Assembly (NCBI GenBank): GCA_000146465.1
Contig: CP001949.1
Length of the DNA stretch: 64,000 nucleotides
Reading direction: 5' to 3' (one strand)
This document shows, in pieces, positions 37,366 to 48,057 of the stretch. Numbering within the stretch: position 1 is the stretch's first letter; every line of letters begins with the position of its first letter. The notes beneath the pieces were generated by a model. That model saw only the letters and a program-made list of their open reading frames with translations. It was not told the origin of the DNA and made no database searches. The translations under genes and the position numbers were made by a program.

Positions 37366-37812
37366 ATGGCAAAGATGCATTCTAGCGGAAGAGGACGCTC
37401 GGGGAGCGTTAAGCCGTATGCAACAGTGTTTCCAACATGGCTGACAAAGACGGCTGATGAAATTAAGGCCGATGTTATCCAGATGGGAAACAAGGGGATT
37501 CCTGCACCTGATATAGGGAAAAAGCTAAGAGACGAATATGGAGTCGGAAATGCCAAGGACGTCCTGGGGTGTGAAATCACAAAGTTCCTTGAAGAGAATG
37601 GGGCATCTCCAAAGATCCCATTTGATCTTGAGTCTCTGGTTCGCCGAGCGAACACCCTCCGAAGTCACTTGAACATCTATAGGAAAGACAACTCTGCAAA
37701 ATACAGACTTATCCTTGTTTCATCCCGGATGTATCGTGTTGCAAGGTACTACAAGCGCAAGATGAGGATTCCAGGGAACTGGAAGCCAAAGCTTGTTGAG
37801 CTCATTAAATGA
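37366..37812 (+). CDS. RPS13: Ribosomal protein uS15 (RPS13)
   Basis: MAKMHSSGRG...PTWL...KKG..PS.IG..LRD..GV...YRKD...KYRLIL.ESR..R.ARYYK; the ATG is preceded by GCCCTCAATC. Confidence 0.9.
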   Translation: MAKMHSSGRGRSGSVKPYATVFPTWLTKTADEIKADVIQMGNKGIPAPDIGKKLRDEYGVGNAKDVLGCEITKFLEENGASPKIPFDLESLVRRANTLRSHLNIYRKDNSAKYRLILVSSRMYRVARYYKRKMRIPGNWKPKLVELIK

Positions 37813-37930
37813 TCTTCTTGAAGTCTCGAACTGGCTGTTTCAAGGCCACCTCTGTGTGTTTTTGACGTCTTTCCAACAGGCGATTTTATTTGCGAAGAGA
37901 GGTATATTTTGTGAAAAACAAACCCCGTGA

Positions 37931-38626
37931 ATGTATGAGGAGCTCTTGAACTTTCTGCTGGCGAGGAAGAAGAGGCTGCTGTCTGAGGAAGAGGCCGATA
38001 GACTTATGGAGCTTATTACCCAGTCGATGGAAGCCAGAGAGGGCCGGGAAGGGAAAGAGGACAATACAGCATTGATAAGGAAGATCCTCGAAAATGTGGA
38101 TATGGACCAAGCTTACGAAACAGACACTGAGAGCATGGAAAATGCTATGGAAGATTTGCTTTTTGATGGCTACAGCAGCGAAATTTACAGCAACGATACT
38201 ATAGACTTGAGCGAGTCTGACAACGACACAGAGCCTCTGTCTGAGCGGAAGTTCCAGAGAGGAGAGTTTAGAGCTGGAGTGAAGGCTTCTGAGAATGAAG
38301 AGGAGCCGAAGAGGAGGATTGGGCTCAAAGACAAAGCAAAAGAAGGGGAATGGAAGGATCTGTCGGGAGGGAAGGATAACGATCTCCAACCACCAAAGGA
38401 TAGCACAGGAGTTCTGTCGGAGGATGGGGAAGGCCCCAAGAGAAGGGAATTCAAGCTCCCTGGATTTAGTAAGGAGAAGAAGGAGAGATCATTTGAGATG
38501 AGGGATGGCGGGGACTTTAACTTGCCAGGGTCTGTGGAATTTGAGTTTGATCTCGGAGAACTAAAGAAGGTGAATAATACCGGGCCGAATGTGAAGTTTT
38601 TCGACGAGGATGGAGAAGAGATCTGA
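37931..38626 (+). CDS. Acidic Glu/Asp-rich hypothetical protein (231 aa)
   Basis: ATG preceded by AAACCCCGTGA; lies between the repeat arms. Confidence 0.4.
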   Translation: MYEELLNFLLARKKRLLSEEEADRLMELITQSMEAREGREGKEDNTALIRKILENVDMDQAYETDTESMENAMEDLLFDGYSSEIYSNDTIDLSESDNDTEPLSERKFQRGEFRAGVKASENEEEPKRRIGLKDKAKEGEWKDLSGGKDNDLQPPKDSTGVLSEDGEGPKRREFKLPGFSKEKKERSFEMRDGGDFNLPGSVEFEFDLGELKKVNNTGPNVKFFDEDGEEI

Positions 38627-38721
38627 AAGTCTTTGGTTTTGAATGTAGAGTAATAGTGACTGTTTTATGGATGAATTATCTTTATTAAAGTAGCAAGTTC
38701 TCTCAATGATTGTGTTTTTTC

Positions 38722-39126
38722 TTTTGGGAGTTTCTGGGATGGGATTTGAAGTGGGAAAATTGGACTCCCACAAATGGCCAAGAAGATCCAGGAGTCGAAG
38801 GAGAAGAAGGCACTCAAGGCCATGTCTGGAACAAGGAAGGACAAGAAGAAGTGGAGCGACGGAAAGAAGAAGGAGGAAGTGCGCAGGGGAGTGACGGTGA
38901 CCGAGGAGCTCCTGTCGAAGGTGCGCAAGGATGTGTGCCGAGCGAGTGTTGTGACGCGGTATGGTGTTGGGAGCAAGTACAATCTGAACCTCGGGGTTGC
39001 GGAGAATGTGTTGCGGCACCTAGCGTCTGAGGGGGTGATTGAGAAGGTGTTGGGGAACAGCCGGATGACGGTGTATGCGGGGAGTCCCCAAGAGAAATAA
39101 AGTCTTTGGTTTTTATTGTCTCGTGG
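38722..39126. repeat. Right arm of the inverted repeat (partner 36895..37298)
   Basis: See the left arm. Confidence 0.8.
38774..39100 (+). CDS. RPS25: Ribosomal protein eS25 (RPS25), copy 2
   Basis: Identical translation to copy 1. Confidence 0.85.
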   Translation: MAKKIQESKEKKALKAMSGTRKDKKKWSDGKKKEEVRRGVTVTEELLSKVRKDVCRASVVTRYGVGSKYNLNLGVAENVLRHLASEGVIEKVLGNSRMTVYAGSPQEK

Positions 39127-39192
39127 CAGCATTGGAACTTTTCTGTTGAGTGGCTGTTATCTTAAAATATCGCATTAAAAATTTACCCCACA

Positions 39193-40674
39193 ATGACATA
39201 CAGAGGGTATAGTGGAGATAGAAGAGGGTTTCGGACGTCGCCCAGATTTGACAGAGGGGGCAGATATCCTCCTCGGGAAAGACGTGAGGGACAGAGATAC
39301 GATCCTCTTCCAGAGCTTCCTCCTGTGGAGTTTCAGAAGAACTTCTACAAGGAGGCGGAGTCTATCAGTAGAATGAGTTCGCGCGATGTCGATTCGTTCA
39401 GGAAGACAAACGAGATGACGGTCAAGGGGATGGATATTCCACATCCGATCAGCCGGTTTGAGGAGGCAGGGTTTCCCTCTAGGATTGTGGAGGAGCTTGA
39501 AGGAAAGGGATTCAGTGGGCCCACGCCTATCCAAGCACAAGGATGGCCGATGGCATTAAGCGGAAGGGATATGGTAGGGATTGCACAGACTGGATCTGGA
39601 AAGACACTGAGTTTTATTCTTCCTGGGCTTGTGCATGCAAAGGATCAGCAGCCTCTGCGAAGAGGGGACGGGCCTATTGCGCTTGTGCTTGCGCCGACTC
39701 GGGAGCTTGTGATGCAAATCAAGAAAGTTGCCGACGAGTTCTGTGGGATGTTTGGACTAAGGAGTACAGCGGTTTATGGAGGAGCTTCATCGCAGCCACA
39801 AATAAAGGCTTTGCATGAGGGGGTAGAAATAGTTATTGCAACTCCTGGAAGGTTGATTGACCTGCATGAGCAAGGGCATGCACCGCTTAGCAGAGTGACA
39901 TTCCTTGTTCTTGACGAGGCCGACAGGATGCTTGACATGGGGTTTGAGCCGCAGCTCCGAAAGATTATTCCAAAGACAAATGGAAACAGACAGACATTAA
40001 TGTGGAGTGCAACATGGCCGAGAGAGGTGCGAGGACTGGCAGAAAGCTACATGAATGATTACATTCAAGTGGTTGTTGGAAATGAAGAGCTTAAGACAAA
40101 CAGCAAGATCAAGCAAGTGATTGAAGTCTGTAGTGGACGTGAGAAGGAGGACAAGCTGCTTGGAGTTCTTGACAAATTCAAGGGAGACAAGGTCATTGTG
40201 TTCTGCAACATGAAAAGAACATGCGACGATTTGGAGTATGTTCTGAATAGATCTGGGTATGGGGCTGCAGCATTGCATGGAGACAAATCGCAGAACATTC
40301 GAGATAAAGTTCTTGATGACTTCCGATCAGGGAGGAGGCCGATTCTAATTGCCACAGAGGTTGCAGGAAGAGGACTTGATGTAAATGACGTCAAGCTTGT
40401 GATCAACTTCGACTTCCCAGGGACATGCGAGGACTATGTGCATCGAATTGGAAGGACGGCAAGAGGCAACACAAAGGAGGGGATATCGCATACATTCTTT
40501 ACAATCAACGACAAAGGAAATGCACGGGAGCTGATCCGGATGCTAAGAGAAGCCAATCAGACGGTTCCTTCTGATCTCGAGGACATGGTGAGAGTGTCGA
40601 ACGATAGATATGGATCCAGGGGTGTCAAACACGACTACAGAGGAAGACCTGGGAGATTTCCTTATCGAGGATGA
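39193..40674 (+). CDS. DEAD-box RNA helicase (DDX5/Dbp2-like)
   Basis: Q motif, GSGKT, PTRELV, DEAD, SAT, HRIGRTAR; C-terminal RG-rich tail; the ATG is preceded by TTACCCCACA. Confidence 0.85.
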   Translation: MTYRGYSGDRRGFRTSPRFDRGGRYPPRERREGQRYDPLPELPPVEFQKNFYKEAESISRMSSRDVDSFRKTNEMTVKGMDIPHPISRFEEAGFPSRIVEELEGKGFSGPTPIQAQGWPMALSGRDMVGIAQTGSGKTLSFILPGLVHAKDQQPLRRGDGPIALVLAPTRELVMQIKKVADEFCGMFGLRSTAVYGGASSQPQIKALHEGVEIVIATPGRLIDLHEQGHAPLSRVTFLVLDEADRMLDMGFEPQLRKIIPKTNGNRQTLMWSATWPREVRGLAESYMNDYIQVVVGNEELKTNSKIKQVIEVCSGREKEDKLLGVLDKFKGDKVIVFCNMKRTCDDLEYVLNRSGYGAAALHGDKSQNIRDKVLDDFRSGRRPILIATEVAGRGLDVNDVKLVINFDFPGTCEDYVHRIGRTARGNTKEGISHTFFTINDKGNARELIRMLREANQTVPSDLEDMVRVSNDRYGSRGVKHDYRGRPGRFPYRG

Positions 40675-40813
40675 TCTCCAGATTGGACAACTCAAAAACA
40701 AAAGATACTGAATGAACCAGGGGATCCTTGGCTCTCGGAAGTTACCTTCTACTTTGGAGAGAAGCCAGATAAAATTCATCAAATAAAATTTTGTTTAATA
40801 TAATCTTCAGGGC

Positions 40814-42493
40814 TTAGCATAGGTCCTTGACCATGTACGGGCCCTCCAGGACATACCCAAACTTGGAGTAGTAGTTCCTGGTCCCTACTCCCGAGATAAT
40901 TGCGATCTTGCTTGATCCATGCTCGTCCCTTGCAATCCTCTCGGCTTCGGCTATCAGGAGTGTGCCATATCCCCGGTGCTGGTACTTTCTTTCATCGCTC
41001 TTGTTTATGGCCACCGCACTCCCGTACACGTGGAGTTCTCTTATCATGGATGCATTTCCATTAACCACAGCAGGATGGTATTTCCCTCCCCGAGGACTTT
41101 CTCCACCTGTTTCCGAAGGTGGATCTAGGCCCTTCAACTCCTTTCGAAACGTGTCCACACTGCATTTGCGCAGCCTCAAAAGCCCTATCAAAATATCCTG
41201 CTTCACATCTTCATAGCTAAGGAATGTCTCCCAACCCTTGTTGGCCACATAATCTCTCCTCACAAGTTCTACTTCTTCTGGTAAGACACTTTCATGAATA
41301 TTCTTGATTCCAACCTCTCTAGTCCTTACATCTCTGCACCTTGTTCTGTAGTCCTTCATTCTGGCAAGTGCGAGTTCTCTTATGTTGCCGTGTTCCACCC
41401 CAGAGCTTACCAATGTCATCGGAATGTCTCTTTGCACTCTGTAGACTCTCATCCATGGAGGTACAAATGAAAGAATCCTTGCTAGGAGATCAATCAGCTC
41501 GTCGGGGGAATAGTTCTTATATTTGTTGTTCTTCCACAACTCAAAAAGTCCTGTCCCCTTAATTACGAGAGTAGGATATATCTTCAGCCCGTCACTCCGG
41601 AACCTAGGGTTATCGAAGTATTCTCGGAACTGTGCAAGATCCCTCTTCATAGGAACATTTGGAAGGTTAGGCATCATATGTGCAACTATCTTGAACCCGG
41701 CATCCTTAGAAAGCCCAAAGGATTCACACACACTTCCAACCGTGTGTCCTCTGTTGGTATCCAGGGCAACATCTTCATACACGCTTTGAACACCTATCTC
41801 AATCCTCGTGCATCCATAGCTTAGCATCTTACTGAGGTGTGGACGCACACAGAAATCCGGTCTTGTCTCTATTGTTATCCCAACACATTTCAACCGTCCT
41901 TCTGCTCCAACCCTCACTGCCTCTTCTACCGAGGCAGATGTATGCCCGCTCAGGGCATCATGCAGCCTTGAGATAAAGTGGTCTCTATAGGATTCGGGCA
42001 GGGACATAAACGTTCCCCCCATTATTATGTACTCGACTTTGTCCACATTATGCCCAAGGCTTTTGAGTTGCTTGAGTCTTTCTCGTGCTTGCTCAAATGG
42101 ATCATATCTACTTCTTATGGCTCTCATGCTTGTCGGCTCATATCCCGTGTACGATTGTGTAGAATATTCAAAGTCGGAGTCGGGGCCTCCAGGGCAGTAT
42201 ACACATATGTTCCCCGTTAGTGCTATGTGGGGGCATCTGTGGGGCTTGCACATCACTGCAACAACAGCAACCCCAGATGCAGTCCTAACCGGCTTCACCC
42301 TAAGCTGCTGAATCAGATGCCCATACTCGGGTGGAATAAACGAGATTATGTCCACCACACGCGGAGTAGCCCCGAGGTTGTACTTCTTGCACACCCTGGA
42401 CTTGATTGCATTCACATCTATCTTCTTCTCTTGCTTGTAGAGTCTAATGATCTCGCCAGAAATTTCGTTACATGCCTTGAGGAAGTCGGACAT
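40814..42493 (-). CDS. ELP3: Elongator subunit Elp3 (radical-SAM plus GNAT acetyltransferase)
   Basis: Radical-SAM CxxxCxxC ([17 protein letters not shown]) and a C-terminal GNAT domain; strong full-length match. Confidence 0.9.
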   Translation of the reverse strand: MSDFLKACNEISGEIIRLYKQEKKIDVNAIKSRVCKKYNLGATPRVVDIISFIPPEYGHLIQQLRVKPVRTASGVAVVAVMCKPHRCPHIALTGNICVYCPGGPDSDFEYSTQSYTGYEPTSMRAIRSRYDPFEQARERLKQLKSLGHNVDKVEYIIMGGTFMSLPESYRDHFISRLHDALSGHTSASVEEAVRVGAEGRLKCVGITIETRPDFCVRPHLSKMLSYGCTRIEIGVQSVYEDVALDTNRGHTVGSVCESFGLSKDAGFKIVAHMMPNLPNVPMKRDLAQFREYFDNPRFRSDGLKIYPTLVIKGTGLFELWKNNKYKNYSPDELIDLLARILSFVPPWMRVYRVQRDIPMTLVSSGVEHGNIRELALARMKDYRTRCRDVRTREVGIKNIHESVLPEEVELVRRDYVANKGWETFLSYEDVKQDILIGLLRLRKCSVDTFRKELKGLDPPSETGGESPRGGKYHPAVVNGNASMIRELHVYGSAVAINKSDERKYQHRGYGTLLIAEAERIARDEHGSSKIAIISGVGTRNYYSKFGYVLEGPYMVKDLC

Positions 42494-42619
42494 TCTTGGG
42501 GAGGATGGAGTCTGGAATTAATTCCTTAGAAAGAGGAGTTGGGCTTCCATGTGAGCAATGGGCAATGCTGGCTGGAAGTGCACTTTGGGATATTTTGTAT
42601 TCGATTTTGAGCCCCGAAG

Positions 42620-45079
42620 ATGCAGGCTTCTCTGTACCTAAACACATCAACACGGATGAGGAAAGACGAGATAATGCAGAAGCTGGGGTCGAACAACGAG
42701 GAGGACAAGGCTGAAGGAATGAAACAGATAATAGCACAGATGAGCCAGGGAGAGGACTTTGGCTCTCTTACACACAAAGTAACAAAGGAGACCTTAGTGG
42801 TGAAGAGCAACGAGCTTAAGAGGCTATTCTATTACTATCTAGAGCTACTTCCGAAATCCAGAGGATCTCAGTCGTTTGAGGAGATACTTCTTCTGTCTAA
42901 TCAAGTTCGAAAGGATCTTGAGCATCCAAATGAGTATGTCCGAGGGTTTGTAATGAGATTTGTCAGTACTCTGGACGACCAGGAACTTGTAGGGAACTTC
43001 TACAAGTTGATCAAAGACAACCTCAACCATCCGAACGCATATGTTCGAAGAAATGCATACTTCTGTCTTGGAGAGATCTTCCTGAAGATGGACACATACA
43101 AGGAAATTCCAGACCTTCTGTACCATGCACTGCTCAGAGACCTGGATCCAAACTGTTTGCGGGAGGCCTTTGTCTCTCTGCACCAGACGGATCCAGACTT
43201 GGCATTGAAGTATGCTAACGAGGTGGACTTGTCGATACCAAGCGAGCTTTCCACGGCCATCATAGAGAAGACTAGCGACCCAGGCCTTCTGGAGAGGTTC
43301 CTTTTTTCCGGGGATTTCCAAACGGCGCTTGAAGCGGGGATATCGATTCACAGGATTAGTAGCGACGAAGAGTTGTTGAAGAGAAGTACAGACACCATAC
43401 TGAGGTGTCTTGCAGATCTTCCCGAATTCAGAGAATATGCTGTTGACGAGCTTCTGCTCTCCACATACTCGTTTTCAGGATATGCAATGAGCTTCTTGGA
43501 ACTTATAGACCCGTACGACTTGAGTCTTTGTTCAAAGTGCCTGGACCTTGCTTTCAAGATTGCAGAGACCCACGAGTTTCTGCGAATCTCCGAGTTCCTG
43601 GGATCGAAGTTCATTGATACTCATGATGCATCATCGCAGAACCAGAACTTCAAGGTGCTTCTCCTGAAGAAGATGGCATACTTTGCTGATGTCTATTCAT
43701 CCTACAGCGAAGAGATGATTTCTGAGTCATTGAAAAACATTGTGTCGGACAATCCGGAGATGAGCTATGGATCCTTGGTATTTCTCTCCTCTTGCTTCGA
43801 GGTCATGAGGAAGAATACTATGCCTGGGCAGAGAGAAACAATAGGATATATCGGCCATCTGAAGACATTGGTGAATAAGATAAACGCGGTGAAGTATGGG
43901 AAGATATTGAGGTGCTGTTTTGAGGTTCTTAGGAAATATGCCACAAAGGAGATCTTCCTCAGTACTGTTGAGATGCTGGACTGTTCGTTTGAGCTTTCCA
44001 GCAAGCCTTTGTATTTAGAAAACACACAGACGTTTTTGGGAGCATTTATGTGCATTGAATTGGCTAAGATGTGCAAGACATTTGGAGAAGACCAAAAGGA
44101 CAGGGTTATTGGGATCATGCTAAAGTTTGTTGAATACGGGAAGGAAAGCAAGACTATCGATGTGAGTTCCCATTCGACAATAATATCATGTATTAGATCT
44201 CTGATGTCTTGTGATGAGGAGGTGGGGATTGAGTTTGATAGGCAAGTACGGTGCAGGGAGAATGTTCTGGACCCTATTGTACTTCCTGGGGTGCGACCCG
44301 GTGATGAAAGGAATCAAAATAAGCTTTGCGAGTTTCTGAGAAAGGATGAAGGCGGGAGCGGAGAAATGAGGAATGTAACCCAGCTGACAGGGCTGTCGGA
44401 TCCCATCTATGTTGAGGCCACTACAAGTTACACCCGGCACGAGGTTGTGATGGATATGCTTCTTATCAACCAGACCTCGTCCTATCTTCAAAACATACTA
44501 CTGGACTTTGTGACCAGCCAGGGATTTAATGCAACATTCATCAACACGCCGTTTTCGTTGTCCAGTAGGTCAGTGGTGACCAAGAGATTTACATTCAGAA
44601 TCATCGAAGGATCGAATGGGTTTATAAGTGGATCCATAACCTTCAGGTATCCTGACGAATGTGGAGAGTATGCCAACACGGTGTATACAATCAATTTGGC
44701 GGAGGTAAGAACGGCAGTGTCGGAGTTTCTCGAGCCAAAGAAGATGGACTCTGACGAATTCCGAGAGACGTGGAAGGAGCTTGAGTGGGAAAACACATAC
44801 ACACTCAAGTTTGTTACCAGAAGAACCTTGGAAGAGATATTTGAGGAGGTGAGCAAGGTCCTGAACGGGGAGATACTGGACATCGAGTACGACGAGAGCT
44901 ATGCTGTTGGGAACATAGCTTGTATGACTCTCCAGAACGTATGTGTGCTGATCAATGTATGTCTTAGAAAAGGGGAGTATGTGCACTTTGAATCTAGGAT
45001 CCGTAGCAGAAGGGAGGGGATAGTAAAGTCTGTAAGCGCAGTGGTTGGGGATGTCCTGAAGTCGCTTAAGAATAAATGA
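42620..45079 (+). CDS. Coatomer subunit beta (COPB1/Sec26)
   Basis: Adaptin-N trunk with RKDLEHPNEYVRGFVMRF (compare YRKDLQHPNEFIRG.TLRF); the ATG is preceded by GAGCCCCGAAG. Confidence 0.8.
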   Translation: MQASLYLNTSTRMRKDEIMQKLGSNNEEDKAEGMKQIIAQMSQGEDFGSLTHKVTKETLVVKSNELKRLFYYYLELLPKSRGSQSFEEILLLSNQVRKDLEHPNEYVRGFVMRFVSTLDDQELVGNFYKLIKDNLNHPNAYVRRNAYFCLGEIFLKMDTYKEIPDLLYHALLRDLDPNCLREAFVSLHQTDPDLALKYANEVDLSIPSELSTAIIEKTSDPGLLERFLFSGDFQTALEAGISIHRISSDEELLKRSTDTILRCLADLPEFREYAVDELLLSTYSFSGYAMSFLELIDPYDLSLCSKCLDLAFKIAETHEFLRISEFLGSKFIDTHDASSQNQNFKVLLLKKMAYFADVYSSYSEEMISESLKNIVSDNPEMSYGSLVFLSSCFEVMRKNTMPGQRETIGYIGHLKTLVNKINAVKYGKILRCCFEVLRKYATKEIFLSTVEMLDCSFELSSKPLYLENTQTFLGAFMCIELAKMCKTFGEDQKDRVIGIMLKFVEYGKESKTIDVSSHSTIISCIRSLMSCDEEVGIEFDRQVRCRENVLDPIVLPGVRPGDERNQNKLCEFLRKDEGGSGEMRNVTQLTGLSDPIYVEATTSYTRHEVVMDMLLINQTSSYLQNILLDFVTSQGFNATFINTPFSLSSRSVVTKRFTFRIIEGSNGFISGSITFRYPDECGEYANTVYTINLAEVRTAVSEFLEPKKMDSDEFRETWKELEWENTYTLKFVTRRTLEEIFEEVSKVLNGEILDIEYDESYAVGNIACMTLQNVCVLINVCLRKGEYVHFESRIRSRREGIVKSVSAVVGDVLKSLKNK

Positions 45080-45112
45080 TCTTTGGTAAAGCGGATTTCT
45101 TTGAAAATTTTT

Positions 45113-45121
45113 GATCCCTGA
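45113..45121 (+). promoter_or_regulatory. GATCCCTGA element directly upstream of the RACK1 ATG
   Basis: See above. Confidence 0.3.
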
Positions 45122-45123
45122 AA

Positions 45124-46128
45124 ATGTCATCGGCCGAGCTGGAGGTTTTGGAATATCTGAACGGGCACAAGGACGAGGTCAAGGGCCTGAAGGTTGTGCG
45201 AGTATCTGGAAAGGAGATCCTGTACTCCTCATCGAAGGACAAGAAGGTTTTCAGCTGGGATCTGCACAGCAAGATTGACTCTGAGTTTGGCAAGATACTT
45301 AAGTTATATGAAGGGGGGCATAGCAAGAGAATTAACGGGATTGATGTGTCTAAGGACGGAAGCATGATGGTGACTGTTGGATCTGACGGGATAGGGAGGA
45401 TCTGGGACACAGAGGCCAAAAAATCAAAGCCCCTTGAGGGGCATAGTAGAGATGTTCTGTGTGTGAGCATCAACAGCAACGATACAAAGATAGTCAGTGG
45501 GTCTGTTGACAGGACGATGAACCTCTATAACACAAGAGGGGAGCTGATTGCAAAGATTGGGAAGGAGACGGAAAAGATGCATCGAGGATGGATCAACTGT
45601 GTTGCGTTCCACCCGATTGAGGAGAACATTCTCGCAAGCGGATCCACAGATGGGACTGTGAAGATCTGGGACTTGGATGCTCCGGAGCACATGCAGACAT
45701 ATCTTGGAGGGATGTATGTTGACTATGAGAAGGCAAAGGAGAAGAAGGTTTCCCCTGCAGACTACGACGAGTCGAAGAGTGTCACTGCAATGGCATTTTC
45801 GAAGGACGGGTCGATTCTGACATATGGAGAGAAGAGTGGGAAGGTATATCTTGTGAAGCTAGACTCCAAGGAGTGCATACAGAGTCTTGACACGCTCATT
45901 CCTGTTAGGTCGATTGCAGTTGGAGAGACTGAGCCTGTGATTGCATTAGGGACAGATGAGTCCGTAATTATTTGGGAGACAATCAGCTCAAGGATTATTG
46001 CAAATTATAACCTTAAGGAAATTGGAAACGGAGTTCGATGCCTATCCCTAGCGTTTTCTGGCAACACTCTTTATTGCGGATTGTCTTCTGGGACAATTGT
46101 CCCATTGGAGCTTAGAAAATCGGATTAA
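45124..46128 (+). CDS. RACK1/Asc1 (guanine nucleotide-binding protein beta-2-like, ribosomal WD40)
   Basis: Seven-blade WD40; LEGHSRDVLCVS...IVSGSVDRTMNLYNT...WINCVAFHP parallels RACK1; the ATG is preceded by GATCCCTGAAA. Confidence 0.8.
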   Translation: MSSAELEVLEYLNGHKDEVKGLKVVRVSGKEILYSSSKDKKVFSWDLHSKIDSEFGKILKLYEGGHSKRINGIDVSKDGSMMVTVGSDGIGRIWDTEAKKSKPLEGHSRDVLCVSINSNDTKIVSGSVDRTMNLYNTRGELIAKIGKETEKMHRGWINCVAFHPIEENILASGSTDGTVKIWDLDAPEHMQTYLGGMYVDYEKAKEKKVSPADYDESKSVTAMAFSKDGSILTYGEKSGKVYLVKLDSKECIQSLDTLIPVRSIAVGETEPVIALGTDESVIIWETISSRIIANYNLKEIGNGVRCLSLAFSGNTLYCGLSSGTIVPLELRKSD

Positions 46129-46174
46129 ACTGGTTCTTTGGTTTTCTTTTTAGTTTCCTTTCTGCCTCCCTGGG

Positions 46175-48034
46175 ATGGACAGGATCGAGCTATACGAATC
46201 CCAGAAGTTATTTATAGAAGATGCGAGGAGGGTGATTGATGGCGGATCTGTTGGAATATTCTCGAGTCCTACCGGAACGGGCAAAACGATCTCTCTTCTC
46301 AGCGCAGTGGCAGATTATATGGACATAGAGGAGACAGAGATGGATTGTAGAAACAGAATGCTGGAGAAGATACTTTTCCAGGGGTCCAGGAAAGCAGTGT
46401 TCTATTGCACAAGAACACATACTCAGCTGGCACAAGCTATTAATGAACTCAAGAAGCTAGGTGTAAGATGCAATTCGGTTGTACTAGGATCCAGAAAGAT
46501 CTACTGCCTGAATGAAGAGATTCGGAAGTATAAGAGCTCCGATGAAATGAACGAAGCGTGCAAGGAGGCAGTCAAGGAGGGAAAGTGCATGCTCCATGAC
46601 GGATGCGAAGAGTTTGATGGATATGGGGTGATTGATGTGGAGGATCTACTTGCTACAGGGGGGAGAGAGAGGTTCTGTCCGTACTATACTGCCAGAAGCT
46701 ACTCGCAGCAATGCGACATTGTATTTCTTCCCTATCAGTTGTTATTCACCAGAGAGGGAAGGAAAAGTGCAGATATTGATGTGAAAGGAAGTATTGTGGT
46801 TGTGGATGAAGCACATAACATTTATGATTCTGTGATACAGATGAACACAGCAAGTATATCGTTTGGAACAGTAGATAGATATGTCAAAGCGATGGAACTC
46901 TACAAGAAAAGATATGGGGGGAGGATGAAAAGGGATGGGCAGTTTGAGAGGGTTATGGAGGTACTCAAGAAGATAGGGAGCTTCAGGTGTGTACACTGCA
47001 GAGACATGGAGGGAGATGAAGGAGTGATGGGTGTTTCGGAGTTTCTGCTCGGGGCTGGTATTGAGGACTTCAACATGCTTGAGATCGAGGACTACATAGC
47101 CGTTAGCGGGATTTCAAGGAAGCTGGAGGGGTTTGAGAAGGACCTGAATATGAAACTTCCTGAGATATCGAAGTTTCTGTCTCTTCTAACAATGAGTGAC
47201 AAAAGCGGGAGGATCCTTTACAGTTCAAAGGGAATCAAATTTACACCTCTAGATGCATCCATGTACTTTGAAGATGTGCTCGAATGCAGGTCGTTGCTAC
47301 TGGCTGGAGGGACGATGGAACCTATTGACCAGCTTGTCTCTGCACTTAGAAAGAGAAGCCCCAAATACTTTTCATATGGAAGTGTCTGCAAGGACTTCTT
47401 GCCGATTGTGATTCGGTCAGGGCCGTCTGGAAAAGAGATTGTAGTGAACTATGAAACAAGGGAGAGTCCAATGTCTATCAAGGACGTAGCTTCATCCATA
47501 CTCAACCTATCGAATGCAGTCAGAAGTGGAGGGATGGTATGTTTCCTGCCCTCAAAAGCATATCTCAAAATACTTAAGGAGGCATGTGGAGATACGATAG
47601 GATCGAAGAAAGCTCTCTACGAAGACTCGGTAACCTTTGAGGAATACGTGCAGGAGGTTAGAAGAAGCCCTTGTATTCTCTTTGCTGTGATGGGGGGAAG
47701 CCTTAGCGAAGGAGTAAACTTCAACGATAGTCTCTGCAGACTACTTGTGGTTGTTGGAGTTCCCTATCCAAGCCAAGATCTAGAACTTAAAGAAAGAGCC
47801 AAATTCAACGGGAGTGGATACACTACAGCCATAGCAATGAAAACGGTGAATCAAGCTCTGGGGAGGGCGCTGAGACACAGAGACGACTATGCCGTACTTG
47901 TGCTACTGGACAAGAGATACGTCCAGCTCTCAAGACTCACTAGCCCATGGATAAGGGAAAAGATAATTCACTGCAACTTTGGAGATGGACTTTTCAAGAC
48001 TAATAAGTTCCTGAATAAAGATAGATGCCTCTAA
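46175..48034 (+). CDS. Rad3/XPD-family Fe-S DNA helicase (Chl1/DDX11- or XPD-like; short, 619 aa)
   Basis: PTGTGKT, VVDEAHNI, Cys cluster between motifs I and II including FCPYY, C-terminal helicase motifs (GG.SEG.NF); the ATG is preceded by CCTCCCTGGG. Confidence 0.7.
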   Translation: MDRIELYESQKLFIEDARRVIDGGSVGIFSSPTGTGKTISLLSAVADYMDIEETEMDCRNRMLEKILFQGSRKAVFYCTRTHTQLAQAINELKKLGVRCNSVVLGSRKIYCLNEEIRKYKSSDEMNEACKEAVKEGKCMLHDGCEEFDGYGVIDVEDLLATGGRERFCPYYTARSYSQQCDIVFLPYQLLFTREGRKSADIDVKGSIVVVDEAHNIYDSVIQMNTASISFGTVDRYVKAMELYKKRYGGRMKRDGQFERVMEVLKKIGSFRCVHCRDMEGDEGVMGVSEFLLGAGIEDFNMLEIEDYIAVSGISRKLEGFEKDLNMKLPEISKFLSLLTMSDKSGRILYSSKGIKFTPLDASMYFEDVLECRSLLLAGGTMEPIDQLVSALRKRSPKYFSYGSVCKDFLPIVIRSGPSGKEIVVNYETRESPMSIKDVASSILNLSNAVRSGGMVCFLPSKAYLKILKEACGDTIGSKKALYEDSVTFEEYVQEVRRSPCILFAVMGGSLSEGVNFNDSLCRLLVVVGVPYPSQDLELKERAKFNGSGYTTAIAMKTVNQALGRALRHRDDYAVLVLLDKRYVQLSRLTSPWIREKIIHCNFGDGLFKTNKFLNKDRCL

Positions 48035-48057
48035 GTGCTTTATTTGAACGGATAACC

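Noticed and set aside
44165-44200. GTGAGT...TATTAG motif inside the coatomer-beta coding region
   Set aside because: It does not match the local intron consensus, and removing it would disrupt a conserved alignment.
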